NCBI GenBank assembly: GCA_032718475.1
Contig: JAUCBJ010004528.1
Location: forward strand, 1 to 34,072
DNA: 34,072 nucleotides
Direction: 5' to 3'
Origin: Nemertoderma westbladi
Taxonomy: Eukaryota; Animalia; Xenacoelomorpha
A program made the position numbers and the translations under genes. The notes below the pieces were generated by a model. That model saw nothing but the letters and a program-made list of their open reading frames with translations, was not told the DNA's origin and did no database searches. Positions 10,817 to 24,400 of this stretch are shown here, in pieces (the stretch's first letter is position 1; every line of letters begins with the position of its first letter).

Positions 10817-11446
10817 ATTTCTGTATTTTGTAAAGTGTTTATCGATTAGGCCTATATACCGCAGTAACGGTACTACAGTACTACTACTACATACTTTTAC
10901 TTTTACTTTTACAGTACTAGAGGCCTATTACTGTATTACAGTACAGCAGTATTACAGTATTATCTGCAGATCAGAGTCAGACAATACAAATTGATTTACA
11001 ATCTGATAATAGAATAGACCACACTATGCTAACAATTCCCTAAAAGGTGAAAGGTGCCACCATGGCCTACTATGTATGTACTGTACTATATTTATACGGC
11101 CTAACAGGTCACTTTGAAGTGGCCTCTTAAAAAGAGGCCAGTTTTTTTTTACACTATTTTGATATGGGGAGAGTTCTATAAATTTTAATTTGCTGCAATT
11201 TGGTCAACGGTCGTAATTGAAGACTCCTCGTTAAGCAAGATACTAAATTTTATGGTAGCTAGTGCTGTAGTGTTTTAGGTAGGTTTAGCTAGTAATTTCG
11301 ACCCTGGTTCCGACATCCTACTTCCTTCTATAAATATTTTGTAGTAGCTAGTTCTTATTACTATTTGTATAGAAAATGTTCCAGAAGATGTTAGCTAGGG
11401 CCTATTCATTTTTAAAAAAAAAAATGTTCTAGAACAAATATTTTTG

Positions 11447-12647
<1,201 letters not shown>

Positions 12648-14084
12648 AATATTTTTTGTCTGGATTCTGTATCAAATAAATCTGGATTCTATTTAAAACG
12701 CATGGAATCGTTCTAAAACGTGTTTAAAATCCATAAAAAAAAATTTCAAATTTTTTTTTTCAAAATTTTTTTTTCACAATATTTTTTTTCACAATTTTAT
12801 TTTATTCATTTTAAACACGTTTTAGAACGATTCCATGCGTTTTAAATAGAATCCAGATTTTTTTCTAAAAAATGTTCTAGAACAAAAAATATTTGTTCTA
12901 GAACATAATTTTTTTAAAAATGAATAGCTAACATCTTCTGGAACATTTTCTATACAAATAGTAATAAGAACTAGCTACTACAAAATATTTATAGAAGGAA
13001 GTAGGATGTCGGAACTCGGAACCAGGGTCGAAACTACTAGCTAAACCTACCTAAAACACTACAGCACTAGCTACCATAAAATTTAGTATCTTGCTGGTCA
13101 ACGGTCAACGCTTTTTTGGTCAACGGTCGTAATTGAAGACTCCTCGTCAATTACGTCCGTTGACCAAATTGCAGCAAATGAAAATTTATAGAACTCTCCC
13201 CATAACAAAATATCAAAATAGTGTAAAAAATAACTGGCCTCTTTTTAAGAGGCCACTTCAAGTGACCTGTTAGGCCGTATAAATATACAGTATGTACGGT
13301 CTGGGCTAACCGCTAAATAAGTATGCCTGAAGAAAGTGAAGAATGAGGAATGTAAATAGTGTATTAAGACATCTACAGTACTAACGTATACGTGCAACAT
13401 TCCTCTGTTTTTTTAGAATTTCATTTTTAAAAGTTTATCAATTTTATCAGGCACGGGTGTGGGGGGGGGGGGGGGGTGGACTTTTGTCGCAAATAAAATT
13501 AATCCCTCTCCGGGGGAAAATCGACGCCAATAACAGCTAATATTGCCAATAACAGCAATATTGCCTGCTGATACGAAAAAAATCATCTTGCGAAGTTTCA
13601 AGCTACTGTATGTTAGGTGAATTTAATTTGCCAAATAAATTTTCAGTGTGTTTTTTTACCTTGCGCCCAAAATGCAGCTGCAATAGAAATAGTAATTATA
13701 CATGTTAGGTGTACTGTATACGTTCCACCCTTGTACTGTTAGGTGTATCACTTCCACCCGGTTACTGTTAGGTGTGTTGTTCACATGAGATACTGTTAGG
13801 TGTAACATGTATAATTTCCCTGGATTGGATGTTAGGTGTATTGATTCCATGAGTTCACAAATGTGTGTAACAGTTCTGCAATTCTAATGTTGCAGTAGAT
13901 TCATAAATATATATTATTTCACATTCATATATACAGTATACTGTACATTATGGGTTTTCTGGGACGCCGATCACGAATATAGCACTCAAAAAATATAGTA
14001 TTAATCAACCAAATTCGATTTTCGCAGTTTGGAATTTTATAAGAGGCCTACTTGTATTTTTCGGCCATTTTTGTATTTTACATA

Positions 14085-14690
14085 GCGCAATCAATTATAT
14101 AACAAGGTGTAATCAACGTTGGTGTTACCTGGCTAACTAATATTATGCTAACTGAACTATAGTTTAATCAATTATGTGATATAACAAGGTCTAACCAATA
14201 TTTGCGAGTGTCTATATTTTCTGGCTAACTAATATTGTGCTAACAACTGAACTACAGCGTAATCAAATTATATGACAAAGTGTAACCAATATTGGAGAGT
14301 GTGTATATTATCGGGCTAACTAATATTGTGTTACCAACTGAACTACAGCGTAATCAAATTATATAACAAGGTGTAACCAATATTGGAGAGTGTGTATATT
14401 ATCGGGCTAACTAATATTGTGCTAACTGAACTACAGTTTAATCAATTATGTCATATAACAAGGTCTAACCAATATTTGCGAGTGTCTATATTTTCTGGCT
14501 AACTAATATTGTGCTAACAACTGAACTACAGTGTAATCAAATTATATAACAAGGTGTAACCAATATTGGAGAGTGTGTATATTATCGGGCTAACTAATAT
14601 TGTGCTAACAACTGAACTACAGTGTAATCAAATTATATAACAAGGTGTAACCAATATTGGAGAGTGTGTATATTATCGGGCTAACTACAT
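14085..14690. repeat. About 88-91-bp tandem repeat, 6-7 copies
   Basis: Unit aacaaggtgtaaccaatattggagagtgtgtatattatcgggctaactaatattgtgctaacaactgaactacagtgtaatcaaattatat, with two recurring variants. Confidence 0.9.
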
Positions 14691-15764
14691 TTGTGTCTGT
14701 TAGTGCAGCGCAGTGCAGCATCCCACTTTCTTTCATTAATTCTACAAACAGAATAACTGATAATTCTCATACCTACGAGGATAGGAATATTGCATTAATT
14801 TTGCTATATTGCGATGTGCAATATTGCTTAATTAATATTGCATATTATATTACACCACATTTAGTTGTCATATAGGCTTTCATTATACTACTATTGGTCG
14901 TTGTTAGCACACTAGTTGTATTCTAGAAATTATAGTCTTTCAATCAAGCCAATATATTGCTTTTATACAGACTTCATTAATGAATGTACAGAAGCCGGCA
15001 ATTTAAACACTAGTTATTACCCTGTTAGGGGAATTGATGTGTGGTGTGCAATACTAGCGGTCATTTATTGAACTGGTTGTGTTAGCACAATTAAATCGGT
15101 GTTAGTACTGACTGTCGCGCGAAAAACGTAAATGTGTTGGTGTTAGGATAATATACGATTGGCAGAAGTAGGTGTATGTATTGGTGTAGGGGGGTGTGTG
15201 TTGGTGTGTCGGAAGCCATAATTGTCGGAAGCCAAGATATAACTAGGCATAGTATAATTATAATTGTTCGCTAAGATGGCTTGCAGCTTTTGCTGCACGA
15301 AGGCCGTAACTTGTGTTACTCACTACTTACTATATTACTGAATAAAAAAATCGATTTGTTGCTATCTTTGCTTGAATTTTTGGTTTAAATACTGAATGCA
15401 AAACAATTTGCATAAAACAAGATTTCGTTGCAAAAATTACGTAAACAATATTTTTTCAATCCAATAAAACACTATTGTTGTTTGCCACGGTTCTGGGCCA
15501 GTAAATTCTCAAAATGATGGCAATTTTGGAATAGAAATCCAAAATATCTGATGACTAATAATCTCTGATCCGGTACCACAATATAAAATATAATGTCCAT
15601 TATTGATCTGCAATAATACTTAAGTCAAGAAGCCGCCACTTCATTGATTTCGCATACCGGGGGATTCTCTGCAAGAATGCGCGCGCTAATATAATTTTTT
15701 TTGTTTACCCCTTCGGATTCAACTATTATCATTGATTAGTGCGCCATATGGCGTTTTGGCTATG

Positions 15765-16762
15765 CAGTGGCGTCGCGAGGGTTTCAAGCGCCTGGGGGCC
15801 AATTTGAAATTTTCACCCCCCCCCCCCCCCCCCCCCATAAAAAATTCAACAATTATTTAAAAAAATAATTAAATTTGGTTCTAAAATAATATAATAATTA
15901 GGTTATATACATAACATACACTGCACAATAAGAAACATAACACAGTAACTAAACTACATGTAACAATGTGTAACAATGTGTAACATGTAAACCAATGAGA
16001 TAAAAAGTACAACGCGTTTATTAAATGCTCAAATTTGCGGGAAATTCAATCTCAGATACAGTACGTACGAGAGAAAGGGATTGAAAAATACAAGATAAGG
16101 TAATATGGTCCACAGAGACAGGGGGGAAACTGGACGCAAATCCCATCTTGGCGAATCAATATTCCGCCTCAATGTTAAATTCTCAATTTAGGGAAAGGAG
16201 CAGGCTACAATGGCACGTTATTTTAAACAAAACAATAAACTAAACACAATAGAACAGGTTACGGTTTTATTTTTGAGAGTAATCAACTGTTATTTGCGTA
16301 CAATTTCCCCTGGAGAGGGATGAATTTGTATTGCGTCAAGCCCCCCCCCCCCCCCCCCCCCCTGGGTCCACAAGGCACACCCTGCAGCTCCGCGCCCCCT
16401 CCCCTGCACTAGAAGGATCCTGGCTAGTGGCTGGCTATTACTATGGGAACATATTTGAGGAAGTTTTGAGCTAGCATATCTGCGGCTACCGCGGCTTACT
16501 GTATATTGGATTCCCCCTAAATTGGGTTTTATTTAGGAGCCCTGTGTTGGAAATACACCACTTCCGGGGCAATCAAAAGTGAAAAAATTACTTATACAGT
16601 AGGCCTACTTCCTGATTAAAAATTGTGCTCCAGTTTTAACATACAAAATTCTGACGGCTGATAACAAAATTTGTCCACAATCTTCCTCTGTGTTTTTTTA
16701 GCCACCCTCGCAGCTGCGCCCGGGGGCATGGCCCCCATCAGCCCCCCCTCGCTACTCCACTG
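15765..16762. mobile_element. Non-autonomous hAT-like MITE, 998 bp, 6-bp TSD
   Basis: Termini cagtggcgtcgcgaggg and ccctcgctactccactg are imperfect TIRs. GCTATG flanks both sides (15759-15764, 16763-16768). A paralogous empty site lies at about 18421-18433. Confidence 0.8.
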
Positions 16763-17012
16763 GCTATGAAAGATTTAATATAATTATATTATTAGTACTG
16801 TACAGCTGCTATTATAATTATATAATGTTAGACAACCACGACTGCTATTATGGCTGATAAAAACTGTCAGATATTAAGATTATTTTTTATTCGCCACTAA
16901 TTGAATGCCACCCCAAATTAGATGATTGAACACCAAAATAAAATATTTTGCACCAAATATATTTTTTTGTTGCACCAATTCGCGTCCCCCAATTTTGAAT
17001 ATCCTTCTCACC

Positions 17013-17170
17013 AAAACAATTATTCATCCCACAAAAACAATTATTGATTCCCCAAAAACAATTATTCATCCCCTAAAAAAAACAATTATTCATCCCCCAA
17101 AAACAATTATTCTACCCCCAAAAACAATTATTCTACCCCCAAAAACAATTCTACATCCCCCAAAAATAAT
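17013..17170. repeat. 21-23-bp tandem repeat (aaaacaattattcatcccc)
   Basis: About 7 copies; source of the KTIIHPP ORF. Confidence 0.85.
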
Positions 17171-17193
17171 TACTTGTCAACCTAAAAGTTACA

Positions 17194-18342
17194 TGTAAAC
17201 TATATGCTGATGACGTTAAGATTTATGGTGTATCTTCCACACATTTATCATTAAGTGGTGCATTAAATATACTTGAGTCTTGGAGTGAACGGAAGCAGCT
17301 TACCTTGGCCAGCCACAAATGCCAAGTAATGTACGTGGGTTTAAAAAACCCGGTGCATCCGCCGTATTATTTAAATAATGTTCAGTTAAATAAGTTAGAT
17401 AATTTCAAAGATTTAGGTGTAACAATGTGCCCTGACTTGAAGTTTAACGTTTATTGTAGAGAACAGTCAGCCAAGGCATGTAAGATTATTAATATGATTT
17501 TTCGTTGCTTCCATACAGCAAATAAATCTGCACTCCTATTGGCATACAAATCATACGTCAGACCTCTGTTAGAGTACAATACCTTTGTTTGGTTGCCGCC
17601 GTACCTAAAGAATGCAATAGACATGGTAGAACGTGTCCAACCATATTTTACTCGCAGATTGTTTGCTCGATGTAAGCTGCCCTACACGAATTACTGGGAT
17701 AGATTGATATGTTTAAATTTACAACCACTAGAACTTAGGCGTATTGTAAATGATTTGAAGATGCTATTTAAAATTGAGAGGGGTTTGATTGATTTGGATT
17801 TCGAAAGTATTTTCATGTATTGTAGAAGATCCGGGCTCGGAGGACACTCGCATAAATTGTTTGTTTCCCAGTCCAGATCAATCATCTCCAAATTCTCTTT
17901 TGCAAACAGGGTTGCACCCATCTGGAACTCACTGCCGGTCAACGTTGTACGTTGAACGGATATCACGTTGAACGGAGAACTGTAAATAGTTTTATATTTC
18001 TAATTTATCTACTGTAGATTTGTTTCCCTTCTGTAATTTACGTAGATTTTTAATAATAGTCTCCATAGTATAGAGGCCCCCATAAGTGCAGCTTGCCTGG
18101 GTGGTCTTCACCTCTTATTTTTAAATTTCGTAAGTTCGTTTCTTTTTTTAAATTAATTTGTGGTTCCATATAACTATTATACTGTGTATAAAAATATTTT
18201 TGTTCTTCGAATTCAATTTACTTTGTGATTATGGTGCCAGTACAGTATAACTTATATTGCTTTATTGCTATATTTTATTTCTTTATTGTGTTCTTGAAAT
18301 GTTCTGAAATTTTATTAATAAAAGAGAATGAATGAATGAATG
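17194..18342 (+). mobile_element. 5'-truncated CR1-clade LINE (RT YADD to 3' tail)
   Basis: CKLYADDVKIY at 17194 is in frame with KDLGV..AYKSYVRPLLEY..ERVQ.YFTRR..LELRR..FSFANRVAPIWNSLP. AT-rich UTR with aataaa and a (GAAT)n tail at about 18326-18342. Confidence 0.88.
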
Positions 18343-18959
18343 GCGCGCTAATATATTTTTTTTTGTTTACCCCTACGGAACCAACTATTATCATTGATTA
18401 GTGCGCCATATGGCGGCGTCTTGGATATGAAAGATTTAATATAATTATACTAGAGACGGGCCTAGCGGCCCGTGAAGCAAGTCGTAGGAGTCAGTACGAG
18501 TCAAGTAAAGGCTTTTTGTTCTGTCTGATAATAAATTAGTGTGAGGGTAGTCCCGGTGGTATGCGAGAAATTTTCTAGATAACTTCAAACTATAATTATT
18601 ATGTTGTAATCATCTAATGAATTATAAAAGCTGTTGTGATTATAGAAGATAGAGAGCAGTTAGCGAAATGATTATTTTATTCTATCGGATAGAGTAGTCG
18701 GAGTCTCAGAGAGGAGTCGAGGTGTCAATTGATTAATAATGATAACAGCAGTTGTCATGAATTCAATACAATCGCGCACAAGAAGTGATAAGACAAATTC
18801 GTTCTTATTTTTGTAATAAATAAAACAACTTGAGATGTTTCAATGTAAACCGCGATTAACAATTTACTTTGTTCAATGTAAACCACGATATTAATTAAAT
18901 ACAACAATTATAATATTATTATAACAGATTTTTATATTTCAAACTATAATGTTATCCAA

Positions 18960-19242
18960 GGTTTCACCTTGGTGTAGTGGTTGCATTGAATTCAGATCTC
19001 CTGTAGGTCGTGGGTTCGATCCTCACATGGGCCAGGGCAGTTTTCGTTTCGGCACGAATGCTTTAAAGGGACCAACCAGGGCGCATATCTGCTTGCATCC
19101 TTAAATGGTAGCTAAATGAGTACTTAGAGTTTCCTCTGGGGAGTATCGTTCTGGGGGGACCGCACTGGAAATAAGTCGTCAGACTTTGCGCGTAATCCCT
19201 GGCCTAGCGGCCGAAGAAAATTTACTTTACTTTTTTTACTTT
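18960..19242 (+). mobile_element. tRNA-derived SINE
   Basis: A box TGGTGTAGTGG (18970-18980), B box GGTTCGATCC (19013-19022), LINE-like 3' segment gaccgcactggaaataagt..tttgcgcgtaatccctgg, and a (TTTAC)n tail. Confidence 0.8.
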
Positions 19243-20514
19243 ATGGAGAATCATTATGTGGCTGAGTAAACATTCAGCCTTATAAGCATACAGCCTCCAC
19301 AGTATTAACGTTGGCACAAAGATTTTAAAATAAAACAATAATTAGATGAGAGCCCAGTACAATCAATAGTAGCCAACACACTGTGTAACTAACAGACATT
19401 TAGCTTGCACGCCAATTAATTAACATAGCAAGGATGCATTGGGAAGAGTTATTCAGCTGAGACTGTAATAGCCAGCTAAACCAGTTAATGTGGGGCGAGC
19501 CACGAAGTGAGTGAGCCTTAGCGTAGTGGTACCATTAATCAACCTGTCGTTCTGTCGTTCTGTCGCGTTCAATTTTAAACGTTAATAACTCGGCCAATCT
19601 TTGATGAAATCTATCCAAACTTGGTACACATGTTGTTTGGCAAAAGTTTAGAAATTTTCCAAGTAGAATTTCAGTGTGGCCTTCGAGAAGCTAAGATAAT
19701 AGCAGTTAATTAGTTAATTAAGTTATTACGGTAAAAACACCATTTTCAACCTGCCTTTTAAAGGAAATTAATTGTTTTACAGTATAAGATTTAAATAATT
19801 ATAATTAAAAATTATACAGATGTAATCCCCATACGCCATCCTATTATAGTTTTTAATTAGTTCAAGTGATTTGCTTTAATAATTGTGTCTTTAATTGATC
19901 TAAAGTAATTAAAACGGCAAAAAAAATTTATTCTCATTAAATACTGCTCATTTATTGGCCAACATGCTGGTACATAGACGGGATGTGTGTGTCATTCCCA
20001 GTTGCTGGGAATGATTATTGGTCAAGTCTCTGCTGCTGGCTGGGAGTTGTTGCTAAGACTAACCAGAGAGGAATAGTAATAGACAACCAGTATTGCTATT
20101 CCAGCCCAGACAGCATTCTTTAAATTCACTATAAATGTTGTATTGCTATCTCAGGTGAATGACAGATATCATAACATAAATACTATCCATGGCATGGCTG
20201 TTGTGTAGGCTTCTGAAATAGTTTATTCCACAATGTATATGTCTGGTTATTTTTTAATTGAATTTTTGCAAAGTAGTAAAATTAATGTTCTTAAAAATAA
20301 TATTATTATTTTATATGTAACCTAGGAAATTAGCTACATTTTTTCGCTGCAGCTTTAAGAGTGTACATTAATTTAATATTATTTCAATACCCATATTACT
20401 ACATCGGCATAAGATGCGTTGGCGTTGTATCACACATCTCCACATAGATGTATCAACAGTTACTCGCACAGTTTCGAAACTTCGCATAGTTATAACTGTA
20501 TAAAGATCGTCAGT

Positions 20515-20800
20515 CTGCGTTTAGGAAAAATATTTTATAACAAAACAGGACTTAAGCGACGAGCGCAACGAGGCATATAATGAAGACGAGTACTGCGTTG
20601 ACTAAATTATTATATAAACCACCTGGCTTCACATATTGATCGCATCCCTAGTTATTATTATTATAAAGAACGTCCTAGCCTGCGTTTAAGAAATATATTT
20701 AAATACAAAACAGGACGAACGCAACGAGGCTTATAATGAATACGAGTACTGCGTTTATTATATTCCTATAAACCACCTGGCTTTGCATATTGAACGTGCG
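20515..20800. repeat. Imperfect tandem duplication, about 165-bp period
   Basis: ctgcgttta..caaaacaggac..gcaacgaggc..ataatgaa.acgagtactgcgtt..tataaaccacctggctt occurs twice. Confidence 0.8.
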
Positions 20801-21498
20801 ATTGGAAATAAGTTCGTGCTACCCTTCCGTGGGTGGTAGATGTCGCGGTTATGTATTGGTGGTTGGGAAGGGTGGGGGGGGGGGGGGGGATTAAAAGGGG
20901 TGAACACGTACTGTCCCCCTTTCTTTGATTGATTGGTGGTGTGGGTAAATTTCTCAAAACCTGATTTTGTGATACAGTCGCTCAATTTTAATTTGTATCT
21001 CATAACTGGGCCTCGTGTTGCGCGAAGGCCCCACGAACGTGTTTTGTTTGATTACTGTCTGGGTTGTAGAGTAGAGTGATAATACTTGGCACAGAAAGTA
21101 CTTGTCAGTTGCCCTTCCTATTGAATGCATTTTACCAGGCCATCTCTATACATTTTTCATGAGTGCCAGCTGGTGTTTTTATCATTGCGCCTATGACAAT
21201 TTTCGTTGAGGTGTTTCAATTTAAACCGCGATTCCACAAGTACCCATACAGCCAAAGAAATCTATATTCATGGTCCATGCAAAATTTCATCAAAATCGTT
21301 AGAGCCGTTTTTGCTCTAAGTCAGTAGTCAGTTGTCAGTAGTCAGTAGCCAGTACAGCAGTCTGGCAGTAGCCAGTAGCTTTTTTTCTTACAGTAATCAA
21401 GTCTTTAGACTTGCTAATTATTGGTTCAGCTGCTATTATGGCTGATCAGACTGTCAGATATTAAGATTATTTTTTGTTTGTCTCCGTTTCCTCTTCCA

Positions 21499-24400
21499 AT
21501 GGAGGTCACGAAGAACTCAGTGAGCCAATGGAAGTATCGCGGTGAGGGAGGAAAGTCTCTGGTTGTTTGGTGTCTGGAGGATAATGTCGTGTTACGATTC
21601 GCTAAAACTGACCCATTAGGTGATGGCGTAGCCGATCCGTTACAACGACCCACGATGGAGTTCTACGTAAAACACGTCATGAAACCCCTATTAGGGGCCT
21701 CGTTAGTGGACGAAGGAGAAGTCCTTCGGATCCCCTCCGAGAAAGCGAACCTCATCCTGTCGGAAGTACTTCCGAGTAGGGAGTCCCGTTGGCGAGGTAA
21801 CGCATTGCTAAGCGACGGAGTAGTTACCGTAATGCGGGACATATGTCGCATTAAAAACGCGAATAAATGTTTCGCTGTGGAAATTAAACCTAAACTAGGA
21901 TTCCTACTCAAATCTGAAGATTCAATTGAATCCGTTATATGTACTCATTGCCTCAACCAATACTCTAAGTTACATACTGGGAAGTGGGAATCCAGAAGTC
22001 GTTATTGCCCTTTGGATTTGTTTTCAGGGTGTCCCAATCGGATTCTGGATGCTCTAAGGGGTTTATTCGAGACTCCACAGAACAACCTTAAAGTATTCCG
22101 GGACGGGGAGTTAATATTTGGTGGGGATAAAACTCTTAAATCCGACTTAAATGTTTTAAAACAGTCCCTATGCGACGACTTCTTCCCTAGCAACCAATAC
22201 CACAGACCGGATATATTACCTAGCAACCAGGATAAACAATCCCACTGCCTGAACATATTACCTAGTAACCATGGCAAACAATCCCACAACCCAGATATGT
22301 TACCTAGCAATGAAGACGGACCATCCAAAAACTGTGGTCTGTTAAGTAACAATAAAGTCAAAGTCCAAAATGAACCCGACGCTGTAATTGAGGCTTTTGA
22401 GGGCTTTCTGGGAATTATATCTGCCGTACTTCGCGGCCCAGTAACCGGCAGCGGTTGTAAGGTAGGCGAGAGAGGGGCGACTGCAACTGGAGTAGGGAGT
22501 GAGGGAGGGGCGGCTGGGGTAGGGAGTGAGGGAGGGACGGCTAGGGTAGGGAGTGAGGGAGGGGCGGCTAGGGTAGGGAGTGAGGGAGGGGCGGCTGGAG
22601 TAGGGAGTGAGGGAGGGGCGGCTGCAACTGGGGTTGGGAGTGAGGGAGGGACGGCTGGGGTAGGGAGTGAGGGAGGGACGGCTAGGGTAGGGAGTGAGGG
22701 AGGGACGGCTGGGGTAGGGAGTGAGGGAGGGGCACCTGGAGTAGGGAGTGAGGGAGGGGCGGCTAAGGTAGGCGAGAGAGGGGCGACTGCAACTGGGGTT
22801 GGGAGTGAGGGAGGGGCGGCTGGGGTAGGGAGTGAGGGAGGGACGGCTAGGGTAGGGAGTGAGGGAGGGACGGCTGGGGTAGGGAGTGAGGGAGGGGCAC
22901 CTGGAGTAGGGAGTGAGGGAGGGGCGGCTAAGGTAGGCGAGAGAGGGGCGACTGCAACTGGGGTTGGGATTGAGGTAGGAGCGGCTGGGGTGGGGAGTGA
23001 GGGTGGAGCGGCTGGGGTAGGGAGTGAGGGAGGGGTGACTGGAGTAGGGAGTGAGGGAGGGACGGCTGGGGTAGGGAGTGAGGGAGGGGCACCTGGAGTA
23101 GGGAGTGAGGGAGGGGCGGCTATGGTAGGGAGTGAGGGAGGGGCGGCTGGAGTAGGGAGTGAGGGAGGGGCACCTGGAGTAGGGAGTGAGGGAGGGGCGG
23201 CTAGGGTAGGGAGTGAGGGAGGGGCACCTGGAGTAGGGAGTGAGGGAGTGGCGGCTAGGGTAGGGAGTGAGGGAGGGGCGGCTGGAGTAGGGAGTGAGGG
23301 AGGGGCACCTGGAGTAGGGAGTGAGGGAGGGGCGGCTAGGGTAGGGAGTGAGGGAGGGGCACCTGGAGTAGGGAGTGAGGGAGTGGCGGCTAGGGTAGGG
23401 AGTGAGGGAGGGTCGGCTGGAGTAGGGAGTGAGGGAGGGACGGCTGGGGTAGGGAGTGAGGGAGGGGCGGCTAGGGTAGGGAGTGAGGGAGGGGCGGCTG
23501 GAGTAGGGAGTGAGGGAGGGGCGGCTGGAGTAGGGAGTGAGGGAGGGGCACCTGGAGTAGGGAGTGAGGGAGGGGCGGCTAGGGTAGGGAGTGAGGGAGG
23601 GGCACCTGGAGTAGGGAGTGAGGGAGTGGCGGCTAGGGTAGGGAGTGAGGGAGGGTCGGCTGGAGTAGGGAGTGAGGGAGGGACGGCTGGGGTAGGGAGT
23701 GAGGGAGGGGCGGCTAGGGTAGGGAGTGAGGGAGGGGCGGCTGGAGTAGGGAGTGAGGGAGGGACGGCTGGGGTAGGGAGTGAGGGAGTGGCGGCTGGAG
23801 TAGGGAGTGAGGGAGGGGCGGCTGGAGTAGGGAGTGAGGGAGGGATGGCTGGGGTAGGGAGTGGTGGAGGGGCGGCTGGGGTAGGGAGTGGTGGAGGGGC
23901 GGCTGGGGTGGGGAGTGAGGGAGTGGCGGCTGGAGTAGGGAGTGAGGGAGGGGCGGCTGGGGTAGGGAGTGAGGGAGGGACGGCTAGGGTAGGGAGTGGT
24001 GGAGGGGCGGCTGGGGTAGGGAGTGAGGGAGGGGCGGCTAGGGTAGGGAGTGTGGGAGGGACGGCTAGGGTAGGGAGTGGTGGAGGGGCGGCTAGGATAG
24101 GGAGTGAGGGAGGGGCACCTGGAGTAGGGAGTGAGGGAGGGGCGGCTAGGGTAGGGAGTGAGGGAGGGGCGGCTGGGGTAGGGAGTGGTGTAGGGGCGGC
24201 TGGGGTAGGGAGTGAGGGAGCGGTGACTGGAGTAGGGAGTGAGGGAGGGGCGGCTGGAGTAGGGAGTGAGGGAGGGGCAGCTGGGGTAGGGAGTGAGGGA
24301 GGGGCGGCTGGAGTAGGGAGTGAGGGTGGGGCGGCTGGAGTAGGGAGTGAGGGAGGGGCGGCTGGAGTAGGGAGTGAGGGTGGGGCGGCTGGGGTAGGGA

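Larger units (their letters stand above)
18450..21415 (-). mobile_element. Non-autonomous Helitron/Helentron (HINE/DINE-1-like) element with nested insertions
   Basis: Minus-strand 3' end: subTIR gacttgct, hairpin acgggcc-gcta-ggcccgt, CTAG. Minus-strand 5' end: subTIR agcaagtc with adjacent partial inverted repeat, a (ctactga)n-like microsatellite and acggctctaacgattttgatgaaattttg. The flanks rejoin in the paralogous copy at 16769-16888. Confidence 0.7.

Noticed and set aside
18960-19035. Functional tRNA
   Set aside because: A and B boxes are present but there is no proper cloverleaf, and it continues into a SINE body and tail.
21421-21498. 26-aa N-terminal extension of IPPK
   Set aside because: Starts at TTG in AT-rich duplicated sequence; homology begins at ATG 21499.
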